Assembly (NCBI GenBank): GCA_000004985.1
Contig: GG738875.1
Direction: 5' to 3' (one strand)
Origin: Naegleria gruberi
Taxonomy: Eukaryota
DNA: 64,000 nucleotides
Both the position numbers and the translations under genes were made by a program. Numbering within the stretch: the first letter of the stretch is position 1; each line of letters starts with the position of its first letter. Under the pieces are notes generated by a model. That model ran no database searches. It had not been told where the DNA came from and saw nothing but the letters and a program-made list of their open reading frames with translations. This document shows, piece after piece, positions 1 to 10,970 of the stretch.

Positions 1-1
1 T

Positions 2-94
2 GGTGGTAAGCCAATCTTTGCTCAAGGACGTGGTTCTGATGTCTCAAAGGTTGCTGAAGCTGTCAAGTTGGCTGAAGAAATGGCTAAATTCTAA
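2..94 (+). CDS. 3' end of an unidentified protein-coding gene (C-terminal 30 aa ...GGKPIFAQGRGSDVSKVAEAVKLAEEMAKF, stop TAA at 92-94)
   Basis: Open frame runs from the window edge to TAA. Codon usage is strongly biased (GGT/GCT/AAG/TTG), the same bias seen in the ribosomal protein gene nearby. The product was not recognised. Confidence 0.3.
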   Translation, partial: GGKPIFAQGRGSDVSKVAEAVKLAEEMAKF

Positions 95-146
95 ATTGTA
101 TTAATTTTGTAAAAATTTGATAAATTATTTTATTCTAGAAACTTAA

Positions 147-1181
147 TCATTTTTTAAGACTATCCAAGTAGGCATAGTAATCTGAAAATTCCCAGTAAAA
201 GTAATCTCCACCATCTAGGAATGACGTATCAGAGTTTATGCTCAACTTCCAACTATCCTCTTCTAAATCAACCTTACTCAATCCACAAATTCCAGCCTTT
301 ACATTATGTCTATCTGCTTCTGGAAGAATTACTTCAATTTCTTTAATGACACTTGCTGCATGTGAAACTAGTAACACAAGAGTATTTTCATCACTCTCAT
401 CTTTTACAAAATTCCAAACATTATCCATAGCAACCTTTGCTCGTTGTTCCAAATCCTCAACTGTTTCAATTGGTTTTTCATCTAGAAAATATTTAAAAGG
501 ATTACCATCTTTTGAAATGTAGGTGGTTTCGAATTGTTTTCCTGTTATATATTCTCCTTGTTGAGAAATATTATTAGCTCTCGAAAATAATTCTTTAAAT
601 TGAGTTGAACTGGTTATTTCTTCCAAAGGTTGAGGTATATTCTCAATAGTAAATGACTTTTTCTCTCCAAACCATTCAGAAATTCCATATTCAACATATA
701 GTTCATATTCTGCCTCCTTTTGAAAATCTCCATGATTAGTATGTATTTCATTAACTCCTTTCAAAATGTATTGTGTAGTTTCCAAACATCTTCTATAAGG
801 TGATGTAAATACTATTAATCTCTTCACTCCTCCATTCAATTGATTATCCTTTCCAATATTAGCATTATCACAACAAGTCGATAATGATTCATTGTTTTTA
901 ATCAAAAAATTACAAGCCAAATGCTTTCCGAGTCTGAAAGCCAAATCAAATCCTCTACTTGATAATGATGGATTATGTAATGTATTTCCCTCAATTGTTA
1001 TCCATTGATTAAATTCATCAGATCCTCTAATAAAATCTATTTAAATTCATGATCAACACCATAACAACAACCATTCAATACATATTACAATAATTCCGAT
1101 GATCATTAATACTATTATTATAAAATACAATCAATACAAACCAATTCTTTCGCCATGTCTTGTAATGAAGAGTTGTTTCAT
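147..1181 (-). CDS. Histidine phosphatase superfamily (phosphoglycerate-mutase-like) protein; 2 exons join(147..1036,1142..1181), intron 105 nt (GTTTGT...AG)
   Basis: Exon 1 encodes MKQLFITRHGERI, the RHGE phosphohistidine motif. Exon 2 carries the SPYRRCLETTQ and LVSHAASVI motifs, the second catalytic His. The listed ORF lacked RHG until the upstream exon was spliced in. Confidence 0.6.
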
Positions 1182-1361
1182 TTTTTTCAATCAATATTAT
1201 GGCTACACTGCATTGAAATGAAATACATTATGAAATTGAACTGTTTTAATGCATTGGATAATGATGAGAATAAATTATGAACAACAATAGTAGAAAAGGG
1301 ATCATTGTGAAACAAATAGTAGCAATATATAGTAGAAAAAACAAAATGGTTCAACATTTCT

Positions 1362-2561
1362 TTAATCAGCAGTAAAGACACAAATTTTACCATCCTCACC
1401 TGCAGTCATTAATGTAGTTGGATTTAAAACCTTAACAGTTCTAATCAAGGAATCTTGAGAGTGACCACCTTTCATGACAGCAATCAATTCTTGACTCTTC
1501 AAAGAATCAGTCATCTTGAAAACATAGACAGCACCCAATGAGCTAGCATGTAGCATGACACTATCATCACCAACAGAACCAGTTACTTCAATGAATGATA
1601 AATTATCTTGAGCATTCATATCCAAAAGTTCAGTATAAGTTTGACTATATTGTCTAAAGTTGTGCCATTCCTCTTCACGTTTCATTACTCTATAATCAGC
1701 ATATTCATCTTCTGTAGCATCATAAAGCCAAAAGTGAAGGTGATTAGTACTAGAGAGAGCATATAAACAATTGGTTGTTCCCAAAAATCCAAATCTTTCA
1801 ACAGAATCCTCAATATTCAAGACACCATCAAGTGAATCTTCCAATTCTTCATAAACTTGTTTTTGATTAGACTCGGAAATATCATAAATATGTATCAGAC
1901 CATCATCAGCACAAGAGTACAACATGTTATTGGAACCAAATGAAACTTGATTAATGCAATCACTGTGAATTTCTTCCATCATTAAATAGGAAGACAATGG
2001 TGGATTCTTACGTAAATCACCAACAGCAATTGAACCAGCTTGTGTGGTAGAACCACTTCCGACAGCATACAAGTGTCCATTACCAAAGGAAAGATCAATG
2101 GAATTTAATTGTGGAGCAAGTGGAGTAAATTGGAAAGATTGTGTACTCACACAACAAGATTGATCAGGCAATCTCAAATCCCACAAACGAACAGAGGAAT
2201 CATGAGAGCAGGAAATTAACATATTTTCATTGGTTTTAGAGAAGGAAAGTCCACTGATTTGATTGCTGTGTCCCTTCAGGGTTCTGGTGTGAAGAATTTG
2301 TGGTGCTTGAATTTCATGAATTAAAATATCCGAATTGGAGTGAGTAAAACTAAATGTTTTAAATCCTGTAAGAGGTGAAAATTGAATGTTGTAAATGTAG
2401 GTTGGTGTTTGGAATGGAGAGAGGTTGATTCTCAAATTGAGAGCAGGTGGAGAGGCATCTGTTGGTTGTTGTGTTGAGAGCATTTTTTTAAAACTGGGCA
2501 ACTTTTTGTAAGCTTCAACAATATTAGAGAAGATTGGTTCCGATTTTCTATCTGTCTCCAA
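1362..2561 (-). CDS. WD40-repeat protein (399 aa)
   Basis: Complete ORF with repeated WD-like units (SCSHDSSVRLWDL, SCADDGLIHIYDI, TAGEDGKICVFTAD). Confidence 0.55.
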   Translation of the reverse strand: METDRKSEPIFSNIVEAYKKLPSFKKMLSTQQPTDASPPALNLRINLSPFQTPTYIYNIQFSPLTGFKTFSFTHSNSDILIHEIQAPQILHTRTLKGHSNQISGLSFSKTNENMLISCSHDSSVRLWDLRLPDQSCCVSTQSFQFTPLAPQLNSIDLSFGNGHLYAVGSGSTTQAGSIAVGDLRKNPPLSSYLMMEEIHSDCINQVSFGSNNMLYSCADDGLIHIYDISESNQKQVYEELEDSLDGVLNIEDSVERFGFLGTTNCLYALSSTNHLHFWLYDATEDEYADYRVMKREEEWHNFRQYSQTYTELLDMNAQDNLSFIEVTGSVGDDSVMLHASSLGAVYVFKMTDSLKSQELIAVMKGGHSQDSLIRTVKVLNPTTLMTAGEDGKICVFTAD

Positions 2562-2712
2562 TGCAATTGATATTAGCTTGCAGAATTTCTATTACCTATG
2601 TATCCATTAACAACTAAAATCTTGACATAATCTTGTAAGTGTGGTATTTGAAGAAAAAGAATAAATATTATTTTTTAGAATTTTATATTTTAATGTAAAA
2701 ATGGAGGGCAAT

Positions 2713-3045
2713 TTACTTCTTTTCAGCTTGCTTGGTTTGTTCAGCAATTCTTTCTTGTTGTCTCTTTCTGATTCTTCTCTTGAGATCTTCAATAGCTCTG
2801 ATCTTTTTCTTGGCACGAGTAAGATCACCGAGTCTTCTCTTGGCGAATCTCAAAGCTCTCTTTTCAGAAACTTCAACGAGATCGACGAGTCTAGCTTCGT
2901 ATGGGGCAACACCGATGGCTTCTTCGACGATATCCTTGACAACTCTGTGCTTGGATGGCTTTTGGGTCTTGGTGACCTTAGCTCTCTTGGTGGTTGGGAA
3001 ACCCTTTCTACCAATTCTACCAACGGAAATTCCTGTAGCGACCAT
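2713..3045 (-). CDS. rpl36: 60S ribosomal protein eL36 (L36e), 110 aa
   Basis: Translation aligns with eL36 from memory (KHRVVKDIVEE..GVAPYE.R..DL...S.EKRALRFAKRRLG..TRAKKK). Codon usage is highly biased. The overlapping plus-strand ORFs are antisense shadows. Confidence 0.85.
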   Translation of the reverse strand: MVATGISVGRIGRKGFPTTKRAKVTKTQKPSKHRVVKDIVEEAIGVAPYEARLVDLVEVSEKRALRFAKRRLGDLTRAKKKIRAIEDLKRRIRKRQQERIAEQTKQAEKK

Positions 3046-3689
3046 TATATGATGTATTTTTTTTCAACAAAACTTTTTAAATTTTTGCGGTTAACCACCA
3101 AGTCTAGAGTTTACAACCAATATTTTTACATGCTAAATTTTGCTCTCACAACAAGAAAAGAATGGTGTGAGCGGATATCATCTGGTGGCTTCGTTCGCTT
3201 GCTGAAAAAGCTCATCAATTATTGGCACTCTTCGCCTTGTCTTTAATAATACGGAAAGAATTCATCTCCTGATAGTGAATTAACTCGAAAATTACTACTA
3301 ACTCAATTCAAGAAGATCGATCAATGAGAGTCAAATGTACAATAATAATTCATGCTAAGAAGCTTCTTCAATGAGCAAGAAGTTATATTATCGTGATGTT
3401 ATCATGTACATCATTTATTATAATAACGTACAACAATATTACACAATTCTCACTTTCATCAACATCAACACCATCAATGGTTTCTTCTCATCATCACCAC
3501 ACAATAACAACGAATACTTTCCGCATCATCATTAATAATCCTCCTCCGACATGCTTAATTCCTTCCTCGTGTGTCGATACACAAACGGTCTTTAGAATAA
3601 TAATAACCATCACATCTATTATTGTGTAGGCGCATAATTTAGAAAAAAACAAATTAATTCTTTCCCTTCAGCATTATCAAAACATCACA

Positions 3690-4802
3690 ATGACATTGGT
3701 TGAAGCTGTTCATCTTGACAATCATGGAGAAAATAATAGTATTATGAATACGATTAGTTATCATACTATTGATGCAATATTTGGACTGTATGGTTCTAAT
3801 AATTCTTTCAGATATACTGTTCATCCTCATAATACCTCTTCTCCACCTCATAACTTTCCTCTCATTATGGGAAGTGAGGAGCCAGCACCATTTAGAAGAG
3901 TTAATTGGTCTATTCATGATACTATTACCATGTTAACAATGGCCATTGTTATATTCATGACAAGGAAAATATTATATGAGAAAGTCCTCAATCCAATGAT
4001 GAGAAATAACAGATTTAATGTTATTGCACCACTTACTAGAGCCAGATTCAAGGAGAATGTTTGGTTCTTTTCCTACTACTTGTTTGCAACAATTCTAGGT
4101 TATTCAATTTTGAGTGAAACCTCATGGTTTAATAATGCATCATTTTGTGTGTTGGAGTATCCACATGGTCATACTGGATACGAAACACCTTACTTTAGAT
4201 ATTACATGTTGATGGGATGTGCTTTTTATGTGCAAGCTCTCTTTACTTTACTGTTTGTGGATGAAAAATTGTCAGACTTTTTGGAAATGGTAGTACATCA
4301 CATTGCAACAATCATGTTAATTTCCTTCTGTTTAACTTCTAGTCATCATCGTGTTGGAAGTATAGTATTGATTTTACATGATTTTGTAGATATTTTCCTC
4401 TATGGAGCTAAAGCTTTCCATCACTTGAAAAACGAAACCATGTCAACAGTTCTCTTTATTGCCTTTACACTTGCCTTCTTTTGCATGAGATTGGTTCTCT
4501 TACCTTACATTATTTATTTGGCAGCTGCCAATTTTCATGGATGGGACGATCCTTCAAGATATTACATTTTCCGATATGTTTCAGACTCTATCTTTCCAGC
4601 TGAAGTTAGTGATTATGGATGTTGTATTCTGAAATATTGTGCAAGCACTTACTGGTTATTAATTGTATTGTTATGTTTATTGGTTTTGTTGCATGTATTT
4701 TGGTTTTATTTGGTTTTGAGAATATTGGTAAGGACTATTAGAGGTACTACATTGGCTGACATTCGTGAGGATGATGGAGAGGGACATGAACATCAGGATT
4801 AA
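3690..4802 (+). CDS. Ceramide synthase / TLC (TRAM-LAG1-CLN8) domain protein, 370 aa
   Basis: Multi-pass membrane protein. Carries the Lag1p motif with the conserved His pair and downstream Asp residues: MVVHHIATIMLISFCL...LILHDFVDIFLYGAKAFHHL. Confidence 0.6.
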   Translation: MTLVEAVHLDNHGENNSIMNTISYHTIDAIFGLYGSNNSFRYTVHPHNTSSPPHNFPLIMGSEEPAPFRRVNWSIHDTITMLTMAIVIFMTRKILYEKVLNPMMRNNRFNVIAPLTRARFKENVWFFSYYLFATILGYSILSETSWFNNASFCVLEYPHGHTGYETPYFRYYMLMGCAFYVQALFTLLFVDEKLSDFLEMVVHHIATIMLISFCLTSSHHRVGSIVLILHDFVDIFLYGAKAFHHLKNETMSTVLFIAFTLAFFCMRLVLLPYIIYLAAANFHGWDDPSRYYIFRYVSDSIFPAEVSDYGCCILKYCASTYWLLIVLLCLLVLLHVFWFYLVLRILVRTIRGTTLADIREDDGEGHEHQD

Positions 4803-4914
4803 ATGGATTTTGTTCATTAAAATTCATTGTTTATTAATCCCAACTCCTCTTCGCACATTTAACAAAATGGCAGAAACCCTGTTGACTTTACCTTCTTTAG
4901 ATTAGAGAATGTAA

Positions 4915-4995
4915 GTTGAGGTGGCCGAGTGGTTAAGGCGCCAGCCTGCTAAGTTGGTGGAGTAATCCGCGTGGGTTCGAATCCCATCCTCAACG
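4915..4995 (+). tRNA. tRNA-Ser (anticodon GCU), 81 nt, no encoded CCA, followed by a T4 Pol III terminator at 4996-4999
   Basis: Hand-folded cloverleaf. Acceptor stem GTTGAGG/CCTCAAC plus discriminator G. 3-bp D-stem GCC/GGC. Anticodon stem CCAGC/GTTGG with loop CTGCTAA (GCT at positions 34-36). Long variable arm. T-arm GTGGG-TTCGAAT-CCCAT. Confidence 0.85.
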
Positions 4996-5301
4996 TTTTC
5001 TTCTAGTAACTTTTTTTGAAAATTCACAATATAAAGGACATTCATCATTCTGTCTGTAAATTTAATTATTAAAAAATATACATTCAAACTGATCAACTAG
5101 TTCATCTTACTTGATATGTTTATCATGATAAACACATGTTGCATGGTGGAGAGAAGGTCTTTAAGGGTGTGAAGTATATTATGAGATCAGATATAATGTA
5201 TTCGAAACGTGAAGAATTAAAATACTAATTTCTTCTCTTGAATAATGATAAACTTGACAAACTATTCGAATCATAGTATTGAATATTCCAATAAAACTAA
5301 T

Positions 5302-5859
5302 TTACTTTCTATTCTTTTTACAATAAACTGGAATATCAAACAAATTCTTATTTTGATTTCCTGCCTTAAAAGTTCCAGAAATGAAATTCCACACAAAAAA
5401 GTCACTTTCATTAACCTTAACAGGAGTTCCATCAGTTTCATCTTCCCAATAAGTAGAAGTCAATCTCTTCCACACTCTACAATTAACTCCATTTACAACT
5501 TGATTTCCAGCAAATGTTGCATTTTGTAACCAATTATATGGAAGTGGATTGAAACCCAACTCAACAACATTGCACGTATTATTATGTGGATAGAATGAAT
5601 ATTGAGTGAAACCTGCATGGATTTGGATGAGTAATGGTTCGTTGAAGAATTGGATTTCAATTCTTTCGGCTTTTAATTGATAGGAATTGAAGATACGATA
5701 GGTGGCAAGTTTGGAAGGATTGGTATCGACAAAACCACCTGAATTTTGATAGGCAAGGGTTGACCATTCGTATGGCCAAATTGGTCCTGTTTGGAAAGAT
5801 GATGAAATAAACAAGACGAAAGTTAAACTAAAGAGAAGGAATGTGACGAGTTTGATCAT
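5302..5859 (-). CDS. Hypothetical secreted protein (signal peptide MIKLVTFLLFSLTFVLFISSSFQ)
   Basis: ORF with an N-terminal hydrophobic signal starting from the internal Met. Function unknown. Confidence 0.35.
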   Translation of the reverse strand: MIKLVTFLLFSLTFVLFISSSFQTGPIWPYEWSTLAYQNSGGFVDTNPSKLATYRIFNSYQLKAERIEIQFFNEPLLIQIHAGFTQYSFYPHNNTCNVVELGFNPLPYNWLQNATFAGNQVVNGVNCRVWKRLTSTYWEDETDGTPVKVNESDFFVWNFISGTFKAGNQNKNLFDIPVYCKKNRK

Positions 5860-6350
5860 GGTGTTTGCTATTTTTTTTTTGAATCTTGTTTTGTTTGATT
5901 CGCGTGTTAATTGATAACGAATCATGGTTGATACGGAGATAATACGGGCGGTCTTTGGAGTTGATTGATGCTCAACTTCGGAGATGATAATGAAAATTCC
6001 AAAGACAAATTCACTGTTTCTGCAATGTAGCTCAACAACATTTATTACAACAGAAAAGATGACAATATGATATTATGCCACGTTTTGAGAATCAATAGTT
6101 AGATTGATTACACTAGATTACACAATTTCATTTTTTTATTTTTATATGACACTTCAAATTGATGTAATGTTTTTGATGCAATATTTTTGAAATACACGCA
6201 CTGAAAACCTTCAATTCATTGTTGCATTTTCAATATACATGTGAAACAAATAGTTCAATGTGTAAATACCCAACTTGTTTTTTTTGGAAATTCACTTTAT
6301 TCATTTTGTTTCTTTTGTGAAATGCTGTATTTTCGGTTTGTCCGTTCCAA

Positions 6351-6358
6351 TATAAAAG
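6351..6358 (+). promoter_or_regulatory. Putative TATA box (TATAAAAG) ~40 bp upstream of the ATG at 6399
   Basis: Sequence motif only. Confidence 0.25.
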
Positions 6359-6398
6359 GATCAAAGTTTTTGACTCAATCTAAACAACACTAAAGAAA

Positions 6399-6878
6399 AT
6401 GATGCAAGGTATTAAAAATTTGATATCATCTTCAAGCAGTAGTTCAAGCTCCTCACCTCCTCCAGCAGGAATGCACCAAGCAGAGCAAAACATTAGCGAC
6501 CTTCATTCCACTTACAATGCCAATGTTCAATCTGTACAAAGTGGATCACGACCTGGTCATAGTAGTAGTGGCAGCAGTGCACCTTTTGATCACCATGCTG
6601 TTGAAGTTACCGCTAACGGCAGAACCTTCCAAGTAGAGAAAGGCCCTGGTTATGGAACAGAAGGTGGTGATACCATTGTAAAATCGTCCAATATGCAAAA
6701 TCCAAACTCTGGATGGAAAATGGAGGGTGAAAAGCAATCAGTTCAGGGAGCAAATGTTGGAGATTTTGTTAAGGCAGGAGGAACTGACTATAAACTTCCA
6801 GGAGATACCTGTATTCAAGCTAAGGATAGAATGATGAATGTTGGTAAAGAAGATACAACTAGTAGTGACGCCAAGTAA
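6399..6878 (+). CDS. Hypothetical small Ser/Gly-rich hydrophilic protein (159 aa)
   Basis: ORF with a poly-Ser tract and a TATA motif upstream. No recognisable domain. Confidence 0.35.
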   Translation: MMQGIKNLISSSSSSSSSSPPPAGMHQAEQNISDLHSTYNANVQSVQSGSRPGHSSSGSSAPFDHHAVEVTANGRTFQVEKGPGYGTEGGDTIVKSSNMQNPNSGWKMEGEKQSVQGANVGDFVKAGGTDYKLPGDTCIQAKDRMMNVGKEDTTSSDAK

Positions 6879-7221
6879 TCTCAATATATATCCTCAATAA
6901 ATCTATATATATGTAAAACAATCAATATTATTTGATTTGTAATAAACACAAATCTATAACATGATTACTGGTGTAATATCATGATCATGATTCTGTCTTT
7001 TGTGGTGGAAGTGTTTGCAGTTTCCCTCATTGACACAATTATTCAAAAAAGTGGATGAAAAAAGACCAGATTATTTCACCTTGAAGAATTCCAAGTTTGA
7101 ATTGTCCAAATTAAGACAAATTTACAGCAAAATTCCTTTGCCTTAAACAATTTTAACAACAAGGAAATTAAAATTCCTCATCTTTATCAACTCGGGTTAA
7201 AAAAACAACAGAAAACAACAT

Positions 7222-8658
7222 ATGGTCAAGACATTGCTCTCTGCTGCTGCTTGTGTTTTGTTCTTCATCACTACGACTGCTTGCATGGTTAGTGCCATTG
7301 CACTTCCTTCTATCCCAGTCAGCACACGAATTTATATTGGTAAGTATATAGAGAAAAGGATATATAATATATTACTAACTAATTTATTCAATGTCATCAT
7401 CATGATCATCATTAAATTTGTGTCATGATTGTTTGCACCAGGTGGTTCTTTCACTACCTTGAACGATACAAGATATAATAATGTTGCCTACTATGATTTG
7501 AAGGAAAAATCCTTTAAGGCCATGGAAAATGGTACTAATGATGAAGTTAAGGTTCTTACTACTGATTCATATGGTAATGTTTATATTGGTGGTGCTTTCA
7601 CTCAATTGGGAACCAAAAAGAGTGGTCCACTTGCTGTCTGGAATGTTTATCACTCTAAATGGGTTGATACTGGTCTTTCTTCATCAGATTTCACTCCTGG
7701 ATCTGTGGTTACTGCCATCAGTACTGAATGTACAAACTCATATGATTTTGATTCGACACAAGGTCTTTTTCCTTGTGATATTTATATTGCTGGTAATTTC
7801 AAAGCTTCTGTCTCTGGTAGTAATGCAACAAACATCTTGTACTATCACCACAAGAATAAGAAATGGGAAACACAAGCAACCTTGAATGCAACCTATATAA
7901 CAGTTATTTCCAAGGTTGTCAATAACAATATGGTATTTTATGGTGGTAAATTCCATGATGCCAATGGTAAAGAGTATGGTCTTGCCATGTATGACACTTC
8001 AAGTAGTTCGTGGATTATGATTGATGGTGTCAGTGGTGTTACTGATATCTATTATAATTCACATATTTACAGCTCAGATAACATGTTTATTTCTGCTTCT
8101 ATTTTCGCTTATTCTCAATGTAAGGGTATATGTAACTTCAATCTAAGGGATGGATCTTGGACAACACGTTCTGGTATTATTTCCACAGGTTCAGTTAACA
8201 AGATTAGATACATTAATGGTTTGTCTGCCTCAAATGTTGGTTCAATATTTGTTGGTGGAAGTTTCATGAGTGAATCCTCTGTTGGGAGACGTGATGGAAC
8301 TGGCGAGTACAGTGCCATTAGTACTAACTATCCTAAAGAAACTGTTCTAGGTATGGATATTTGTGGTTTGAAAGCTTATGACGTTACTGGTTGCAAAGGT
8401 GGATCAGTAGCTGTTGTTGGACAAAACTTCTTCAAGTTCTATGATGCTAATGATAACATGTGGAAGTCTCTCCTTTCTGAAAATGGGTTCGTATTGAACA
8501 GTATTAGTATTACCAATATTCCAGAAATGCCAATACCTTCACCAATACCCTCACCATTTCCAAGCAGTGTACAAGCTAAAATAAGCTCAAGTGAATGCAA
8601 TAGTTTTAAGGTTCTTTTATTCATTACATTCCTTTTCATTTTTCATTTAATAAATTAA
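7222..8658 (+). CDS. Secreted Kelch/galactose-oxidase-type beta-propeller protein with predicted GPI-anchor signal; join(7222..7339,7442..8658), intron 102 nt (GTAAGT..AG)
   Basis: Signal peptide in exon 1. Repeated GG[AS]F / YIGG propeller strands (VYIGGAFTQLG, IYIAGNF, VFYGGKF, IFVGGSF). Pro/Ser-rich stalk followed by a C-terminal hydrophobic tail (KVLLFITFLFIFHLIN). Confidence 0.5.
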
Positions 8659-8893
8659 ACCTATTCGACAAAGTTGCTGCCTCATGAACAATTCCAAATC
8701 AATACAAGATGAATAATGATGAATTGATTCGATTATTGTGTACTTATTGTTTAAATTGTGGAATTATAAGGATCCATTCCCAAAAGAATTGGAAATGATT
8801 ACAATGTAGTAATTGAAAAATCCTATTTCAATGAAGAGTGGTTGCACTTTCTCATATAATATATCAAATGATTACAATTTATCAAAAATTGGA

Positions 8894-10531
8894 TTAACAT
8901 TTATTTAAAAAGTTGGCCAAAGTACCACGAAGAGCATTATTTGTTCGTGAATTTCCGTGCATCTGTCTCCACACACTGAGAGAGGCTGGAGCAGACTTGT
9001 CAACTTCAACTCTTTGAGGAATGGCCAATTGTTGCTTCCATTCGGCTACTTCAACACTCTTTGGGATGGCTTTGGAAAGAGATTCAACCTGCTTCTTGAG
9101 CATTGCATTTTCTTGCATAATTCTTTGATTTTCCAATTCCTTTTGGTGGAGTAAATTTAAAAGTTCTTCTTCGCGAGATGTAGACTTTTTCAACAAGTCT
9201 TGTTCCTCAATCTTCTTTGTTTCCAAAAGTTGTTGAATAGTTTTGAATGTCTCCTTTAAACTTGTAACTTCTTCAGTTCTTGCTTGGACAATCTTTTCCA
9301 AATCTGAACGCAATGAGAGTTCAGTTTGAAGAGCTGTTTGTTGTTCCTTTTGCACCAATTCTAATTTTGTTGCAAAATCCAATTCCTTTTCATTCAAAAT
9401 ACGTTTCCATGAAATTTCATCATGGTCATGTTGCTCCTTCAATTGGGTCTTCATTGATTCAATAATTGCCTCAAATTCAGCACTCTTCTTTTCCAATGAT
9501 TGACGAAGTGGAGTAATTACACTAACTTCAATTTGATCCAATTCTTCTCTTGTCTTCTTCATTTTGGCCTTGAAGTGTTGAGTTCTATCAATCAAAATAT
9601 CAATCTTCTTGGTGGAAGAAGTCTTGGATTCTTCCAATTGCTTTTCAAAATTGGTCTTTAATGAGACCAATTCTTCTTGAAGCTTGGAAAGCTGTTCCAA
9701 TGCTGCATTGTGTTCTTCAGTCAAGGTTTGAACACGTTTTTTCAACTTTTGATTGGACTTTTTCAATTTGACATTCGAAGTCTTGGCTTGATATTCCTCT
9801 TCTTCATCCAAAGAAGCAAGTTTAGCTTTTTGTGCACTCTGATAAGCTTCACTGCTACAATCATCAGAGGATGTAGATGAAGCCAAAGAGAGTGAGCTTC
9901 TTGGTGAGGTTAATGTTGTACTGTATTTTGAACGTGCAGAGAGGAGAATTACAGTAGCTCTATCTTCCAACTCCTCACAATCACTGAATACTTCTTGATC
10001 GGAGTTGTGTTTTCCTTTAAGGTCCTTAGGAGTGGAAGGAGATTTTTCAAGGGCAATTTGAGGAACAGCTGTTTCCTTAGTTTGTTTCTTCTTCTTTGGT
10101 GTATTCTTAGTCTTTGTTGAGGTAGTAGTTTGTGGAGATTTAACTGTTGTTGATGCATTATTACTAGTTGTGGTGGATGAAGACATTTGCAACTTTTCCT
10201 CCAGTGAAATAAGGTGAAGACCTGTTGGCTTTTTAGCAGCAAATGATGAAGTGGATGTATTGTTGTTATTATTGGTAGTTGTAGTAGTATATTGATTATG
10301 GCTCGATGTAGTGTTATTATTAGTCTTGTTATTAGTAGATGTGGAAGTAGATTTGTTCATTGGTAAAGTCTTCTTATTATTGACTTGATTCTTCTTCTCT
10401 TGAACAAATGCTGACTTGGCAAGGGAGGAAAGAGATGTTTCGGCAAGGAAAGAGGCAGGAATTGTAAAAACTGGCTTATTTACATTGGTAGTAGTAGTAG
10501 AATTGGATGTTGTAGAATTTGTCTTTATCAT
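8894..10531 (-). CDS. Coiled-coil protein with Thr/Asn/Ser-rich low-complexity N-terminus (545 aa)
   Basis: Long ORF. The C-terminal half has heptad-like Lys/Glu/Leu-rich sequence. Function unknown. Confidence 0.45.
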   Translation of the reverse strand: MIKTNSTTSNSTTTTNVNKPVFTIPASFLAETSLSSLAKSAFVQEKKNQVNNKKTLPMNKSTSTSTNNKTNNNTTSSHNQYTTTTTNNNNNTSTSSFAAKKPTGLHLISLEEKLQMSSSTTTSNNASTTVKSPQTTTSTKTKNTPKKKKQTKETAVPQIALEKSPSTPKDLKGKHNSDQEVFSDCEELEDRATVILLSARSKYSTTLTSPRSSLSLASSTSSDDCSSEAYQSAQKAKLASLDEEEEYQAKTSNVKLKKSNQKLKKRVQTLTEEHNAALEQLSKLQEELVSLKTNFEKQLEESKTSSTKKIDILIDRTQHFKAKMKKTREELDQIEVSVITPLRQSLEKKSAEFEAIIESMKTQLKEQHDHDEISWKRILNEKELDFATKLELVQKEQQTALQTELSLRSDLEKIVQARTEEVTSLKETFKTIQQLLETKKIEEQDLLKKSTSREEELLNLLHQKELENQRIMQENAMLKKQVESLSKAIPKSVEVAEWKQQLAIPQRVEVDKSAPASLSVWRQMHGNSRTNNALRGTLANFLNKC

Positions 10532-10970
10532 TTTCTCTATTGTTATGTGTTCTAATAAATTATATATGATACAATTATATGATTATATTCGCTCGGGATA
10601 CTAAGTGTTATTGGTTTGTGTACAATTAAATTCTCTAAACAAGTTTTGCTATTCGTTTGTCTTGCTGTTTTGTGTTGTTGGTCAGAGAATCCTCAGAGTT
10701 TAGGAAGGATAATGATTTGGATTGTTTTTTTAATGAAAAATGTTGTTCAGGATTCTCATCACAAACGTTTCACTATCAATTTGATAATAAAATTATTTTT
10801 ATATTTTTAAAATGTGCAACGGCTGCGATTTGTCAGCTTTCGCACATAATGATCAATTGGCGCCAAAAAAAATTCTACAGTAAAATACAAAATTTGCTTC
10901 ACCCTTGTTCCTTAATAATGCTTTGATTTTTTCATTATCATCATCACTCGAATATGTATTAATATATTAA

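Noticed and set aside
147-944. Apparent loss of the catalytic RHG histidine in the histidine-phosphatase ORF (reads IRGSDEF in the continuous frame)
   Set aside because: An upstream 40-nt exon (1142..1181) with a GTTTGT donor supplies MKQLFITRHGERI. The motif is intact once the 105-nt intron is removed.
2701-3246. Plus-strand ORFs (2701..3246, 2732..3052) overlapping the eL36 gene
   Set aside because: They are antisense shadows of a highly expressed, codon-biased ribosomal protein CDS on the minus strand. They are low-complexity Leu/Ser-rich with no start context.
4902-5096. Minus-strand ORF overlapping the tRNA-Ser gene
   Set aside because: It overlaps a well-folded tRNA and has no supporting features. 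It is spurious.
4800-5300. Possible tRNA-targeted retrotransposon (TRE-like) insertion next to tRNA-Ser
   Set aside because: No repeat, poly(A) tail or ORF remnant appears within ~300 bp on either side of the tRNA. The flanks are ordinary AT-rich spacer.
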